Shown here piece after piece: positions 1 through 10,326 of a stretch of DNA of 64,000 bases. Both the position numbers and the translations under genes were made by a program. The stretch comes from Terriglobia bacterium (GTDB lineage: Bacteria > Acidobacteriota > Terriglobia > 20CM-2-55-15). Numbering within the stretch: position 1 is the stretch's first letter; each line of letters starts with the position of its first letter. The stretch spans positions 448,001 to 512,000 of the forward strand of contig CAXWPJ010000002.1 of assembly GCA_963664115.2 (NCBI GenBank), given 5' to 3'. The notes under the pieces were generated by a model. The model did not search any database. It had not been told where the DNA came from and saw only the letters and a program-made list of their open reading frames with translations.

Positions 1-474
1 GCTGCCGACGCTTTCTTTTCGCGGGCGGTGACCCTGAACCCCGATTTCATAGTGGCCTGGAGGCAGCGCCACGCTGTCCTCACCCGGAAGCTGAACACCG
101 ATGGACTTGAATCTTTCGAAGTGCTCTCACGGTTGATTGAGAACTCCAGGGACATCCTGAATGTCGACCCGGTCAGCGTGTTCGTGCGTCGCAACCTTGC
201 CGAAGCTCTGTATTCCTCAGGGAGGCGTGACGAAGCAATCCGGGAACTCAGTCAGGCCATCGAACTCGAACCGAATTTCGTTCCGGCATCCCGGAAGCTC
301 GCCCAGTGGTACGAAGAAGCAGGCGACATCGCGCGGGGCGAATCTCTGCGCCGGGAAGCGGACCGCATCGTCGCAGAGTTCCAGAATGCAGAAGAATTGA
401 ACGGATACGAACTCAACCTGCTCGGCCGTGGAGAACAAGGGCCCGGACCAGAGGCGAGGCTGGCGGACGAATGA
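1..474 (+). CDS. TPR-containing protein, C-terminal part (5' truncated by window edge); possibly the TPR tail of an O-antigen-ligase-like membrane protein
   Basis: Frame open from base 1 (AADAFFSRAVTLNPDF...); TPR-like helices (LAEALYSSGRRDEAIRELSQAIELEPNF); stop overlaps next ATG (ATGA 471-474). Confidence 0.7.
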   Translation, partial: AADAFFSRAVTLNPDFIVAWRQRHAVLTRKLNTDGLESFEVLSRLIENSRDILNVDPVSVFVRRNLAEALYSSGRRDEAIRELSQAIELEPNFVPASRKLAQWYEEAGDIARGESLRREADRIVAEFQNAEELNGYELNLLGRGEQGPGPEARLADE

Positions 475-2246
475 CCGAGAACAGAGGAACAATGGCCCAA
501 ATGCTGGCGCTCACTGCCATGGCCGGTGTCATCCTCGCCCCCCCGGAGGTGTTTGGATCCGGACGGATGATCCTGGTTTTGTGCTCGACCTTTGCTCTAT
601 TGATTCTGATGTTGGACGAAAAGATCTCTTTCCGATTTTTGTGGGGCGGCGTGGTGGGCACTCTGTTCCTGGTGTGGCATGCGTTCTGGATCTCAATCGA
701 CGTCTACCGATCCCTCGAATTTTACGAAATCCTCTGGTCCTACTATTGCCTTTTTGGGGTCTTCTACTACGGCTCGCGGAATTCCCGGGGCCGAGTGGCT
801 CTCACGCTGGTTCTGCTCTCGGTTGCCGTTTCGAGCTACGGAATCTATGAGTTCTTGTGGGGCAGCACCAGCTATATCCTGTCGATCTCAGCGGAAACGA
901 GCGAGATCATTCGAACACCAGTCCTAGACGCCACGTCCAGACCCCGCATCATGGCAACCTTCGCAATGCCGGGCACGCTCTGGGGCTTCCTGCTCATCAC
1001 CCTACCTTTCCACGCGATGCTCTGGAAGCACTCCCGGACATCTGAGTGGAAACACGCCCGAACATTGATCCGGGGGGGACTTGCGGTGAGCGTCGCACTG
1101 CTGCTGACGGCAGGCGCCCTGACGCGTTCGTTCGGGTTTGTAGCCGGCCTGCTGACTATCGTGCTGGCCTGGTTGCTTATTCGACCTGGAGACCGGCGGC
1201 GGCGTGCGGTCGGCATTGCTGTGACCGCGCTTCTGGCAGTACTAGGCACTGGGATCTATTCCGTTCGTGTCGGTGGATATGACCCGGTGACGCTTCGATT
1301 GCAGAACTGGTTCACCGCTTCAGAGATCTTCGCGACCTATCCTTTCGGCGCAGGCTTGAACAATTATGCCGTTGCCTACCTGCAGCACCAGCAACTCGGT
1401 GCCAACGAGAGCCAGTACGCCCACAACACTCCCCTGCAACTGCTTTCGGAAACAGGAGTCTTCGGGCTGATCGCCGGGATACTGTGTATCGTTTTTCTGG
1501 TGCGACATCGGACCCGTCTTTCCCAACTGGTTTACGAACAGCAATACCTCGTCCTTGCACTGGTCCTCTGGATCGTTCACAACCTCATCGACATCGATTT
1601 GTATTTCGCCAGCGTAGGAGCGGTGGGTGTCATTCTGACAGGCGTTCTGGGGGCCGCGTTTCACGATCAAAGGCCTGTCAACGCGCCAGCGAAAGCCCTG
1701 TCGAAATGGGTACTGGGAAGTGTTGGCGCGATTGCGATCGCCATCGTCGTGTCCTCCGGTGTCATTTATGTTTCCGGTGAACTGCTCCGAAGAGCCCAAA
1801 CCGAACTGAGTTACCTTCGCGTGGCCCAAGCCCACGAGACTCTGGAATCGGCAACCACGATCAACCCCTTCAACTCTAGCATCCTCCACGAAGCCGGACA
1901 GGTGGCCCTGGAAATGTTCCAGGACACCGGGGAGCGGCGCTATCTGGAACAGTCTCAGGAATACTTTGCCAACGCCGTTCGCTTGAGTTCGAACAAAGTG
2001 GGTCCTCACCTGGGACTCGCGCTCACCATGTCGACCGAGGATAGGATCCACGAAGCACTGGCGGAACTGGAGATCGCCCAGACCATGCACCCCTACAGCC
2101 GATACGTGAGTTCGATCCGCCGTCTGGTCGAAAACCGGCAATCCCCCGGTTCGGCACTCGAAGCTCCGGAAGCCCCCGACAACCCGATCGGCACAGACGT
2201 CCCAGAGGATACGGATGCTTCGGTCCCAGTCGAAGCGACCCCGTGA
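471..2246 (+). CDS. O-antigen ligase / O-oligosaccharyltransferase-like (Wzy_C) polytopic membrane protein with C-terminal TPRs
   Basis: ATG at 471 coupled to upstream stop; many TM segments; Wzy_C-type motifs R..ATF..P, RLQNW, GAGLNNY, AHNTPLQLLSETGVFG, VHNLID; TPR-like C-terminus. Confidence 0.8.
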   Translation: MTENRGTMAQMLALTAMAGVILAPPEVFGSGRMILVLCSTFALLILMLDEKISFRFLWGGVVGTLFLVWHAFWISIDVYRSLEFYEILWSYYCLFGVFYYGSRNSRGRVALTLVLLSVAVSSYGIYEFLWGSTSYILSISAETSEIIRTPVLDATSRPRIMATFAMPGTLWGFLLITLPFHAMLWKHSRTSEWKHARTLIRGGLAVSVALLLTAGALTRSFGFVAGLLTIVLAWLLIRPGDRRRRAVGIAVTALLAVLGTGIYSVRVGGYDPVTLRLQNWFTASEIFATYPFGAGLNNYAVAYLQHQQLGANESQYAHNTPLQLLSETGVFGLIAGILCIVFLVRHRTRLSQLVYEQQYLVLALVLWIVHNLIDIDLYFASVGAVGVILTGVLGAAFHDQRPVNAPAKALSKWVLGSVGAIAIAIVVSSGVIYVSGELLRRAQTELSYLRVAQAHETLESATTINPFNSSILHEAGQVALEMFQDTGERRYLEQSQEYFANAVRLSSNKVGPHLGLALTMSTEDRIHEALAELEIAQTMHPYSRYVSSIRRLVENRQSPGSALEAPEAPDNPIGTDVPEDTDASVPVEATP

Positions 2247-2258
2247 CTCTTTAATGTT

Positions 2259-2276
2259 TTGGCACCGCGGATGCAG
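2259..2276 (+). promoter_or_regulatory. sigma54 (RpoN) -24/-12 promoter
   Basis: TTGGCACCGCGGATGCA matches TGGCAC-N5-TTGCW with exact GG-N10-GC spacing; intergenic, upstream of the glycan operon. Confidence 0.65.
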
Positions 2277-2297
2277 TTACTTCAGCGGAGGTGCCCC

Positions 2298-2495
2298 GTG
2301 ACCGATCATCATCAGACTCGCCATATCACCATCACAACAACTGACAACCGGCTAAATCCACAGCACTTACCGTTCACCCGCGGTAGCGCGGGCTCCTCCC
2401 AGAAACTGAACACTGTCGGAAATCGTGTCAATAAATTGGACAGAAGTCGAAATTTTGACGTTCCTGAGGCGTTAGATTTATTAGCCCAATCATGA
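2298..2495 (+). CDS. Small hypothetical protein (65 aa), putative leader ORF of the glycan operon
   Basis: GGAGGT Shine-Dalgarno at 2287-2292, GTG at 2298, stop overlaps next ATG (ATGA 2492-2495); no recognisable domain. Confidence 0.35.
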   Translation: MTDHHQTRHITITTTDNRLNPQHLPFTRGSAGSSQKLNTVGNRVNKLDRSRNFDVPEALDLLAQS

Positions 2496-3271
2496 ATCAA
2501 CCAAGCTCCATGTCGTCGCTGTGTGCGCAGACACCCGTCGTCATACTAGCGGGCGGCAAGGGCACCCGACTGCTGCCCTACACGACCGCTTTGCCTAAAC
2601 CGCTGATGCCGGTCGGGAACTACCCAATCCTCGAAATTCTCCTTAAACAACTCGCCGCTTACGGGTTTCGGGACGTCACGCTCGCCGTGGGCCATCTGGC
2701 CGGTCTCGTCCAGGCGTATTTCAAGGACGGCAAACAACTGGGGCTGGATATTGGCTACACCTACGAAACGACACCTCTGGGAACGGCGGGGCCTCTGTCG
2801 CGCTTGCCCCATTTCGATCGGAGCATCCTGGTCCTGAATGGCGATCTGCTGACCGACGTGAACTTCGGTCAGATCGTGCGGCATCACTACAAAAATGAAG
2901 CGACCGCGACGATTGGTATGACGCTCCGGACCGAATCTGTGGACTTTGGTGTGATCGAATCAGGACCCGACGACAGGATCGTCGCTTTCCAGGAAAAGCC
3001 GCAGATGAATTATCTCGTGAGCATGGGAATTTATGTATTCACGCCCCGGGTGATCGATTTTATTCCGCGATCCACTCGCTTCGATTTTCCGGATCTGCTC
3101 GAGAGACTGCTGGACAACGGTTCAAAAGTAATCGGGTATCAAAGCGAAGCCTACTGGATGGATGTGGGACGCCCTGCTGACTACGAGAAAGCGAACGAAG
3201 ACTTCCCGATGAAGGAACATGAGTTTCTGGAACCCCATGTGGAATACGAGGCTGTCGGAACTCGAGTTTGA
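2492..3271 (+). CDS. Sugar-phosphate nucleotidyltransferase (mannose-1-phosphate guanylyltransferase-like)
   Basis: ILAGGKGTRLLPYT..PKPL, PLGTAG, LNGDLL, YWMDVG motifs. Confidence 0.9.
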   Translation: MNQPSSMSSLCAQTPVVILAGGKGTRLLPYTTALPKPLMPVGNYPILEILLKQLAAYGFRDVTLAVGHLAGLVQAYFKDGKQLGLDIGYTYETTPLGTAGPLSRLPHFDRSILVLNGDLLTDVNFGQIVRHHYKNEATATIGMTLRTESVDFGVIESGPDDRIVAFQEKPQMNYLVSMGIYVFTPRVIDFIPRSTRFDFPDLLERLLDNGSKVIGYQSEAYWMDVGRPADYEKANEDFPMKEHEFLEPHVEYEAVGTRV

Positions 3272-4379
3272 CGGTGACGAGCTGGCGGCATCGCTCAGTG
3301 CGATCGAGTCCGGTTGGATAACCGCCGGTGTGCGAACCGAGGCCTTCGAGGAAGCGTTCGCGCGGGTGGGGGGCACGTCCCATGCGGTCGCGGTCTCGAA
3401 TGGGACGGCCGCTCTGATGCTGGCGCTTAAAGCAGTTGGCATCGGCCCGGGAGACGAAGTCCTATGCCCCTCCCTCACGTTTGCCGCCACAGCCGCAGCC
3501 ATCATTCACTGCGGGGCGACACCGGTATTCGTCGATATTGCCAGTCTCGCCGATCCCACAATGGACCCCGTGGATGCGGCCCGGAAGCTCACACGGAAAA
3601 CCCGGGCTATCCTCCCGGTTCACTACGCCGGCATTCCCTGCCAAATGGACCCGCTGGAAACAATGGCCCGTGACCACAATATCGTCATCGTCGAAGACGC
3701 CGCTCACGCGCCGGGCGCGTCTTACCGCGGCCGCAGGGCAGGGAGCCTGGGAACGGCAGGATGTTTCAGCCTCTTCGGCAACAAGAACATCACCACGGCC
3801 GAAGGTGGCGTCGTCACGACCCACGATCCTGAACTGGCCGACAAAGTCAGGCTCCTACGAAGCCACGGCATGACGTCTTCGAGTTGGGATAAAGGAAACG
3901 GACGGCATCCGTGCTACGACGTCGTGGAAATAGGCTTCAACTTTCGCTTCGATGACATTCGCGCGTCGATTGGACTGGCCCAACTCCGAAAGCTGGACGA
4001 CATCAACCGTCGCCGCAGAACTCTCGTCTCCTATTACAACGCGCGTATCCAAACCGAATTGCCCGATCTCCTACTACCTCTTGCGGCCGTCACCCCAGAA
4101 CGGAATCCCTCATACCACATTTACCCGATTCTCCTCGCGAATGGGGACGAACGAGACCGTATGGAAAGCCGACTCGGCGACGCTGGAATCCAGACCAGCA
4201 TCCACTATCGTCCGGTCCACCAGTTGACTGCGTTCCGACGGCTTTTCCCCAACGTGAGGCTACCAAAGACCGAGGCCTACGGAGCACGCGAATTGACACT
4301 GCCGCTCTATCCTTCGATGCTCTCCACCCAGGTTGACACCATCGTGGACTCCATGGTCCACTCCTACACGCATATTTAG
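3237..4379 (+). CDS. DegT/DnrJ/EryC1/StrS PLP-dependent sugar aminotransferase
   Basis: VSNGTAAL, PSLTFAAT, EDAAHAPG, FSLFGNKNITTAEGG; start 3237 preferred (3219 alternative). Confidence 0.92.
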   Translation: MWNTRLSELEFDGDELAASLSAIESGWITAGVRTEAFEEAFARVGGTSHAVAVSNGTAALMLALKAVGIGPGDEVLCPSLTFAATAAAIIHCGATPVFVDIASLADPTMDPVDAARKLTRKTRAILPVHYAGIPCQMDPLETMARDHNIVIVEDAAHAPGASYRGRRAGSLGTAGCFSLFGNKNITTAEGGVVTTHDPELADKVRLLRSHGMTSSSWDKGNGRHPCYDVVEIGFNFRFDDIRASIGLAQLRKLDDINRRRRTLVSYYNARIQTELPDLLLPLAAVTPERNPSYHIYPILLANGDERDRMESRLGDAGIQTSIHYRPVHQLTAFRRLFPNVRLPKTEAYGARELTLPLYPSMLSTQVDTIVDSMVHSYTHI

Positions 4380-4439
4380 TCAGCCCTCAGCTTCGGACAT
4401 CCAGCTAGCACTTTGAGCTGATAACTGAACGCTGATAGC
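4380..4439. repeat. Inverted degenerate heptamer repeats (TCAGCnn x2 ... GCTGAnn-type x3)
   Basis: TCAGCCC TCAGCTT at 4380-4393; GCTGATA ACTGAAC GCTGATA at 4417-4437. Confidence 0.55.
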
Positions 4440-4442
4440 CCT

Positions 4443-5459
4443 ATGCCAAGCAAGACCGCACTGATCACAGGCATTACCGGACAGGACGGTTCATATCTAG
4501 CCGAACTCCTCCTCTCCAAGGGCTATGCAGTCCATGGCCTGATCCGGCGTTCCAGTTCTTTCAACACACAGCGAATTGACCACATTTATCAGGACCCCCA
4601 CGTCGCGGAACCCAAACTGCGCCTTCACTTCGCCGATCTGAACGATGGCAGTTCCCTAAACAAGTTGATCCGCACCCTGGAACCGGACGAAATCTACAAT
4701 CTCGGGGCGCAGAGCCATGTTCGGGTCAGCTTCGACATTCCCGAATACACGGGCGATAGCGCGGGTCTGGGGGCGGTCCGCTTGCTAGAAGCCATTCGCG
4801 AGGCCGGTGTGAACACGCGCTACTACCAGGCCTCGAGCAGCGAGATGTTCGGCAACGCCAAGGAAAGCCCTCAAACCGAAAACACGCCTCTCGAACCCCG
4901 GAGCCCTTACGCTGCAGCCAAGGTCTACGCGTACTGGACGACGATCAACTACCGCGAAGCCTACGACCTGTTTGCCGTCAACGGCATTCTGTTCAATCAC
5001 GAGTCTCCCCGGCGGGGTGAAACGTTCGTATCACGCAAGATTTCCCTGGGAGCGGCGCGGATCAAACTGGGCGTTCAGGACAAGCTCTATCTGGGAAATC
5101 TGGAAGCGCAGCGGGACTGGGGATTCGCAGGTGACTACGTGGAAGCGATGTGGCTGATGTTGCAACAGGACAAGGCTGAAGATTATGTCGTCGCCACCGG
5201 CGAAACCCATTCGGTTCGAGACTTCCTGGACCTAGCCTTCCAGCATGCAGATCTGGACTGGGCGCCCCATGTCGAGATCGATTCAAAGTACTTCCGCCCC
5301 ACCGAAGTCGACGTACTGATCGGCGACGCGTCGAAAGCACGAAGAACTCTGGGCTGGGAGCCCCGGGTCCGATTTGAAGCTTTGGTACGCATGATGGTGG
5401 ACGCTGACCTGACTGCAGAGCGGATCAAACTGGAAGGCACCCGCGCCGGCGCTTCTTAG
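4443..5459 (+). CDS. gmd: GDP-mannose 4,6-dehydratase
   Basis: [59 protein letters not shown]. Confidence 0.97.
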   Translation: MPSKTALITGITGQDGSYLAELLLSKGYAVHGLIRRSSSFNTQRIDHIYQDPHVAEPKLRLHFADLNDGSSLNKLIRTLEPDEIYNLGAQSHVRVSFDIPEYTGDSAGLGAVRLLEAIREAGVNTRYYQASSSEMFGNAKESPQTENTPLEPRSPYAAAKVYAYWTTINYREAYDLFAVNGILFNHESPRRGETFVSRKISLGAARIKLGVQDKLYLGNLEAQRDWGFAGDYVEAMWLMLQQDKAEDYVVATGETHSVRDFLDLAFQHADLDWAPHVEIDSKYFRPTEVDVLIGDASKARRTLGWEPRVRFEALVRMMVDADLTAERIKLEGTRAGAS

Positions 5460-5460
5460 G

Positions 5461-6426
5461 ATGGGATTTTGGACCGACAAGAGAGTCATGGTCACCGGAG
5501 GCGACGGATTTCTGGGATCGCGCGTTGTCGCCGAACTCAAAACCCGGGCTTGCGGAAATGTCTTCGTGCCCGCACACGCCCACTACAACCTGGTCGACGC
5601 AGCCGACGTGGAGAGGGCGTACACCGACGGAAAACCGGATCTGGTGATTCACTTGGCCGGTAACGTCGGCGGTATCGGCGCCAATCAGTCCAATCCCGGA
5701 ACCTATTTCTACGACACCGCGATGATGGGACTCCAACTGATGGAGGCAGCCCGCCTTCGTGGCGTGGGAAAGTTTGTCGCCATGGGCACGATCTGTGCCT
5801 ACCCAATGCACACGCCTATCCCTTTTCGCGAAGAAAACCTGTGGGACGGTTATCCAGAAGAGACCAATGCCCCGTACGGTCTAGCCAAAAAGATGATGCT
5901 CGTCCAGGCCCAGGCGTACCGCCAGCAATACGGTTTCAACGGGATCTACCTGCTTCCAGTAAATTTGTACGGACCGAAGGATAAATCAGACCCGGAAACG
6001 TCCCATGTTATCCCAGCGCTGATTCGGAAATGCCTGGAGGCCGTTCGGAATGGCCAGGATGAGATCCTGGCCTGGGGGTCGGGGAAACCCACGCGCGAGT
6101 TCCTCTACGTCGACGACGCGGCCCAAGCTGTGATTCTCGCAGCCGAGCACTACAACGGCGCCGAACCGGTCAACATCGGCTCCGGAATATCGATCCGCAT
6201 CCGCGATTTGGCGAACCTGATCGCTAAACTGAGTGGCTTCAGAGGGCGCATCGTCTGGGACGACAGCAGGCCGGACGGCCAGCCCGCACGACAGCTTGAT
6301 GTCAGCCGGGCCCGCAAGCTGTTCGACTTCACGGCCAAAACGCCCTTCGAGGAAGGCCTCAGGCGAACTATCGACTGGTACGCACGCCAGTTCTCTTCAA
6401 CCGACATCCTGGAATCCAGAACTTGA
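5461..6426 (+). CDS. fcl: GDP-L-fucose synthase (epimerase/reductase)
   Basis: [50 protein letters not shown]; follows gmd. Confidence 0.93.
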   Translation: MGFWTDKRVMVTGGDGFLGSRVVAELKTRACGNVFVPAHAHYNLVDAADVERAYTDGKPDLVIHLAGNVGGIGANQSNPGTYFYDTAMMGLQLMEAARLRGVGKFVAMGTICAYPMHTPIPFREENLWDGYPEETNAPYGLAKKMMLVQAQAYRQQYGFNGIYLLPVNLYGPKDKSDPETSHVIPALIRKCLEAVRNGQDEILAWGSGKPTREFLYVDDAAQAVILAAEHYNGAEPVNIGSGISIRIRDLANLIAKLSGFRGRIVWDDSRPDGQPARQLDVSRARKLFDFTAKTPFEEGLRRTIDWYARQFSSTDILESRT

Positions 6427-7325
6427 AAATCAAGAGCAATACCGACGCGATCGAGTCAGAAAGCGTCTCCGAAAACGATGGCAGTCCAAGTGTCTCTATG
6501 TTCGAGATCCGCTCAAGTTCGGGATGGCGCCTGCTGGACGTTCGCGAGCTGTGGCAGTTCCGTGAGGTCGCGTACTTTCTGACACTCCGAGATATCAAAG
6601 TCCGTTACAAGCAGACTGCAATCGGCGTCACATGGGCGCTCCTCCAGCCAGCAGCGATGATGGTTGTTTTCACGTTGTTCTTTGGTCGCATGGCCGGAGT
6701 GCCCTCGGAGGGAATTCCCTATCCTCTGTTTGCGCTGGCCGGGCTGATGCCGTGGCAACTCTTTTCACGGGCAATATCGGAATCGACCCAAAGTCTAGTC
6801 ACAGATCAACGCCTGATCACCCGTGTGTATTTTCCGCGGATCATGGTCCCGCTTTCCTCAGTGCTGGCAGCATCTGTTGATTTCCTGATCACCGGTGGGC
6901 TCGTCGGAGGCCTCATGCTCTACTTCGGCGTGGGGGTCCAGGCCCAGGTCGTGTGGTTGCCGCTGTTCGTCATTCTGATGGTGGTTACGGCGCTGGGTGT
7001 CGGATTTTGGCTCTCTGCTTTGAATGTTGAATACCGCGACGTCATGTATACCGTGCCGTTTCTTAACCAATTTTGGCTCTTCGTCACACCGGTCATCTAT
7101 CCAGCCAGTTCCGTTCCCGAACGATGGCGCCTCCTCTACGGACTGAATCCTATGACCGGAGTGGTCGAAGGTTTTCGCTGGAGCCTGCTGGACGCTGGCC
7201 AGGCGCCAGGACAGATGATGGCAGTATCTGCGCTCGTGAGCCTGACTCTGCTCGTGACCGGGATCGTTTGGTTTCGGCGCCGTGAACGAACGTTCGTCGA
7301 CGCCTTGGGATCGGGGGGACGATAA
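6423..7325 (+). CDS. wzm: Polysaccharide ABC transporter permease (Wzm/RfbA)
   Basis: [52 protein letters not shown]; start uncertain. Confidence 0.92.
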   Translation: MKIKSNTDAIESESVSENDGSPSVSMFEIRSSSGWRLLDVRELWQFREVAYFLTLRDIKVRYKQTAIGVTWALLQPAAMMVVFTLFFGRMAGVPSEGIPYPLFALAGLMPWQLFSRAISESTQSLVTDQRLITRVYFPRIMVPLSSVLAASVDFLITGGLVGGLMLYFGVGVQAQVVWLPLFVILMVVTALGVGFWLSALNVEYRDVMYTVPFLNQFWLFVTPVIYPASSVPERWRLLYGLNPMTGVVEGFRWSLLDAGQAPGQMMAVSALVSLTLLVTGIVWFRRRERTFVDALGSGGR

Positions 7326-8603
7326 GTGACCGCACTGGCCATCCGGGTTGAAAAACTCAGCAAACGATATCGGCTGGGTCAGATTCAGAAATACAAGACG
7401 CTACGAGATACGCTGATGGATCATCTGTACGCGCCCGCTCGCGCCGTTTCGTCTCTAGCCTTCGGGCGCAAGAAAAGCCCTCGGGCCAAGGACCACGTCA
7501 TCTGGGCCCTGAAAGATGTTTCTTTCCAGGTAGAACAAGGAGATGTCGTCGGCGTCATCGGACACAACGGAGCTGGGAAGAGCACGCTTCTGAAGATCCT
7601 GACCCGAATCACCGAACCCACATCCGGCGTCGTACAGGGGCGAGGGCGGGTGGGCTCCCTGCTCGAAGTCGGTACCGGCTTTCATCCGGAATTGACGGGA
7701 CGGGAAAATATTGCCCTCAATGGCGCCATTTTGGGCATGGGACATCGTGAAGTTGCCCGGAAATTCGATAGGATCGTCGAGTTCGCTGAAATTGAGCGTT
7801 TTATCGACACGCCAGTCAAGCATTACTCAAGCGGAATGTATGTCCGGCTGGGTTTCGCCGTCGCCGCGCATCTTGAACCGGAAATTCTTCTGGTCGACGA
7901 AGTTCTAGCGGTCGGAGACGCCGCGTTCCAGAGAAAGTGTCTCGGCAAGATGGAGGACATCGCCCACCAAGGCCGCACCGTACTCTTCGTCAGTCACGCA
8001 ATGTCAACGATTCAAAACTTGTGCTCGCGCGCCATCCTGCTTGAAAACGGAACGATTGCTGCCGAAGGGCTGCCCCAGGCGGTAATCACTAATTATATGG
8101 AGATGGTTCAAAACGATACCGTCCTCTCCCTCGACAACCGCACAGACCGCGAGGGATCGGGAACGCTGCGTTTCACCAAACTTTACGCAGTATCGGAATC
8201 CCGCGGAGTTTCCGATACGGTATGCACGGGTGAGGACGTGACTGTCGTGGCCGAATACGAATCTTCCGGAGCGCCGCTGAAAAACGTCTCCATCTCAATC
8301 CCTTTTTATGACCATACGGGCCGGCACATGTTCATGTGCTGGACAAGGCTGACGGGCCAGGATTGGGACAATATCGCTTCCGAGGGTGAATTCCGAGTAC
8401 GGATCGATAATTTTCCTCTGATGCCTGGAAGATACACGCTGAACGTATGGTCTGAGGTGAACGGGAATCTGGCAGATTGGATCCGTAATGCAACCACCCT
8501 AAACGTGGTGGATGGCGATTTCTTCGGGACAGGTTATCTGCCTCCGAGCACCCACGCCGGCATGGCAGTGAACCACAGGTGGGACTACGAATCCAGAAGT
8601 TGA
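7326..8603 (+). CDS. wzt: Polysaccharide ABC transporter ATPase (Wzt) with C-terminal carbohydrate-binding domain
   Basis: Walker A GHNGAGKST, YSSGMYVRLGF, Walker B ILLVDE; Wzt_C-like tail ending LMPGRYTLNV. Confidence 0.93.
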   Translation: MTALAIRVEKLSKRYRLGQIQKYKTLRDTLMDHLYAPARAVSSLAFGRKKSPRAKDHVIWALKDVSFQVEQGDVVGVIGHNGAGKSTLLKILTRITEPTSGVVQGRGRVGSLLEVGTGFHPELTGRENIALNGAILGMGHREVARKFDRIVEFAEIERFIDTPVKHYSSGMYVRLGFAVAAHLEPEILLVDEVLAVGDAAFQRKCLGKMEDIAHQGRTVLFVSHAMSTIQNLCSRAILLENGTIAAEGLPQAVITNYMEMVQNDTVLSLDNRTDREGSGTLRFTKLYAVSESRGVSDTVCTGEDVTVVAEYESSGAPLKNVSISIPFYDHTGRHMFMCWTRLTGQDWDNIASEGEFRVRIDNFPLMPGRYTLNVWSEVNGNLADWIRNATTLNVVDGDFFGTGYLPPSTHAGMAVNHRWDYESRS

Positions 8604-8930
8604 GCGGTGGATTGTGGAGATTAGTGACACCTATTGCGCCACACATTCCCTTGCACGTTGTACTCAAAAGTTTCCGTCGCAAATGGGCGGGCGAAACCGG
8701 CCGCTTCGAGTACCAAGGGAGGTACTTAGAAGTTGTTATTCGCCGCGGCAGTTGATAAGAATCTGCAGTTCGATCACACCAACCATCGTACTTAAGGTTC
8801 GGTTTCATCCCACCATTGAGTCGGCCTTCTACGAGAAGCAGGCCATATGCAACACGATGTTGCTTTGGAATGGCGGCTTCAAGGTCGCAGCCTTTCTTTC
8901 GAACGGCTCGATGAGAACTGCGGAGTTTGG

Positions 8931-10109
8931 ATGCGCTTCCTGATTCTCAATTCGGACTATACGGATTTCCTGAATTGGCACTACGCCCGCGACCCCGAGT
9001 TGGAAGGCGCAACCTACGACCAGCAACTGTCGGCTCGCTATGCGACTTTTTTCGGCGTCAGCGACTTTTATTCCCGCAACCTGCGCACGCTCGGCCACGA
9101 TGCCGCCAACATTTTTGTCAACAACCCCGCACTCCAAAAAGCTTGGGCGCGAAAGGAAGGCCTGAATGATGATGTTGACAGACCTAGGTCCTGGGTCGAC
9201 GCTCTGGACAGGTTTCGGCAGGCAGCCGCCCGTACACCTCTCAGGCGGCTTAGACCCCTATTTCGCTCAGTCATCAACGCGCTCGAAGATCGGATGCCAC
9301 CCTGGCAACGCGATATCCTGCTAGCCCAGGTCGAAGATTTCAAGCCTGACATTATCTTGAATCAAACGATGCGTGTGATCCCACCGGATGTGATCTCGGC
9401 CCTCCGGGGGGATAACCGTCTCATGGTCGGGCAGATCGCCTCTCCTATTCCCGAGAAATTTGATTGCCGCGGCTACGACCTTGTGATTTCATCGCTCCCA
9501 AACTTCGTGGAGCGTTTCAGGAAGGCGGGGATCCCGGCGAGGCTTCATCGTTTCGGGTTCGACCCGATGATTCTGGAGAAGCTCGGTCCCGGCGACGCCG
9601 CCCGTGGAGCGTCCTTCGTGGGGAATTTGTACGGTGGACACAGGGATCGAATTCGCCTGATGACTTCCCTGTCGGATAAAATAGGTCTTCAGTGGTGGGG
9701 TCCCGGAGTCGACAGCCTGCCACCCAATTCACCACTGCGGTTTCAGCACCGAGGAATCGCGTGGGGCTTGGACATGTACCGGGTTATTAGAGATTCGGCA
9801 CTGGCGCTGAACCATCACATCGACGTCGCGGGCCCCTGGGCCAACAACATGCGACTGTTCGAAACGACCGGAGTCGGCACGCTCCTGTTGACCGATTGGA
9901 AGGAAAATCTCGCGGAAATGTTCGAACCGGGTATTGAAGTAGTGACCTACAAGAGTGTCGACGGATGCCGGAGGCTCGTCGAGTACTATCTCAACCATGA
10001 CGAGGAACGCACCGCCATCGCTAAGGCGGGTCAGCAACGAACTCTCCGCGATCACAATTACCGGCAACGCATGAGAGAACTGATCACCATCGTCGAAGAT
10101 TACATTTAG
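8931..10109 (+). CDS. CgeB/YkvP-family glycosyltransferase (Glyco_trans_1_2)
   Basis: ATG 8931 (MRFLILNSDY); ANNMRLFETTGVGTLLLTD, IAKAGQQRTLRDHNY. Confidence 0.85.
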   Translation: MRFLILNSDYTDFLNWHYARDPELEGATYDQQLSARYATFFGVSDFYSRNLRTLGHDAANIFVNNPALQKAWARKEGLNDDVDRPRSWVDALDRFRQAAARTPLRRLRPLFRSVINALEDRMPPWQRDILLAQVEDFKPDIILNQTMRVIPPDVISALRGDNRLMVGQIASPIPEKFDCRGYDLVISSLPNFVERFRKAGIPARLHRFGFDPMILEKLGPGDAARGASFVGNLYGGHRDRIRLMTSLSDKIGLQWWGPGVDSLPPNSPLRFQHRGIAWGLDMYRVIRDSALALNHHIDVAGPWANNMRLFETTGVGTLLLTDWKENLAEMFEPGIEVVTYKSVDGCRRLVEYYLNHDEERTAIAKAGQQRTLRDHNYRQRMRELITIVEDYI

Positions 10110-10326
10110 GAACCTGGTCCGGACCGCGTCTCCCGGTCGATCCCCGACACAAATTGTCGAATTGAGGTGGTCGTCCGCCACCCGGTGTCCGACCTCTGGA
10201 GGGTTCGCTCGCATTTAAAGCGGGACTTCGGTCGGACGAGGCCGGAAATCCATTATTGGGGCTTCTCCACCACAACGACTTCTGCTTCACACAGGCGGTT
10301 CATCGAAAGTGTGGCTTCGAGAGCAA

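Noticed and set aside
306-470. N-terminal extensions given by the ORF track (306, 8847, 12919, 18422, 24235, 32133, 32557, 33951, 48821)
   Set aside because: They overlap upstream genes or lack an RBS; downstream starts with coupling, RBS or family-typical N-termini fit better
1320-2141. 273-aa minus-strand ORF (and similar ones at 15316-16032, 50271-50912, 62263-62883)
   Set aside because: Fully overlap well-supported genes on the opposite strand; no recognisable domains
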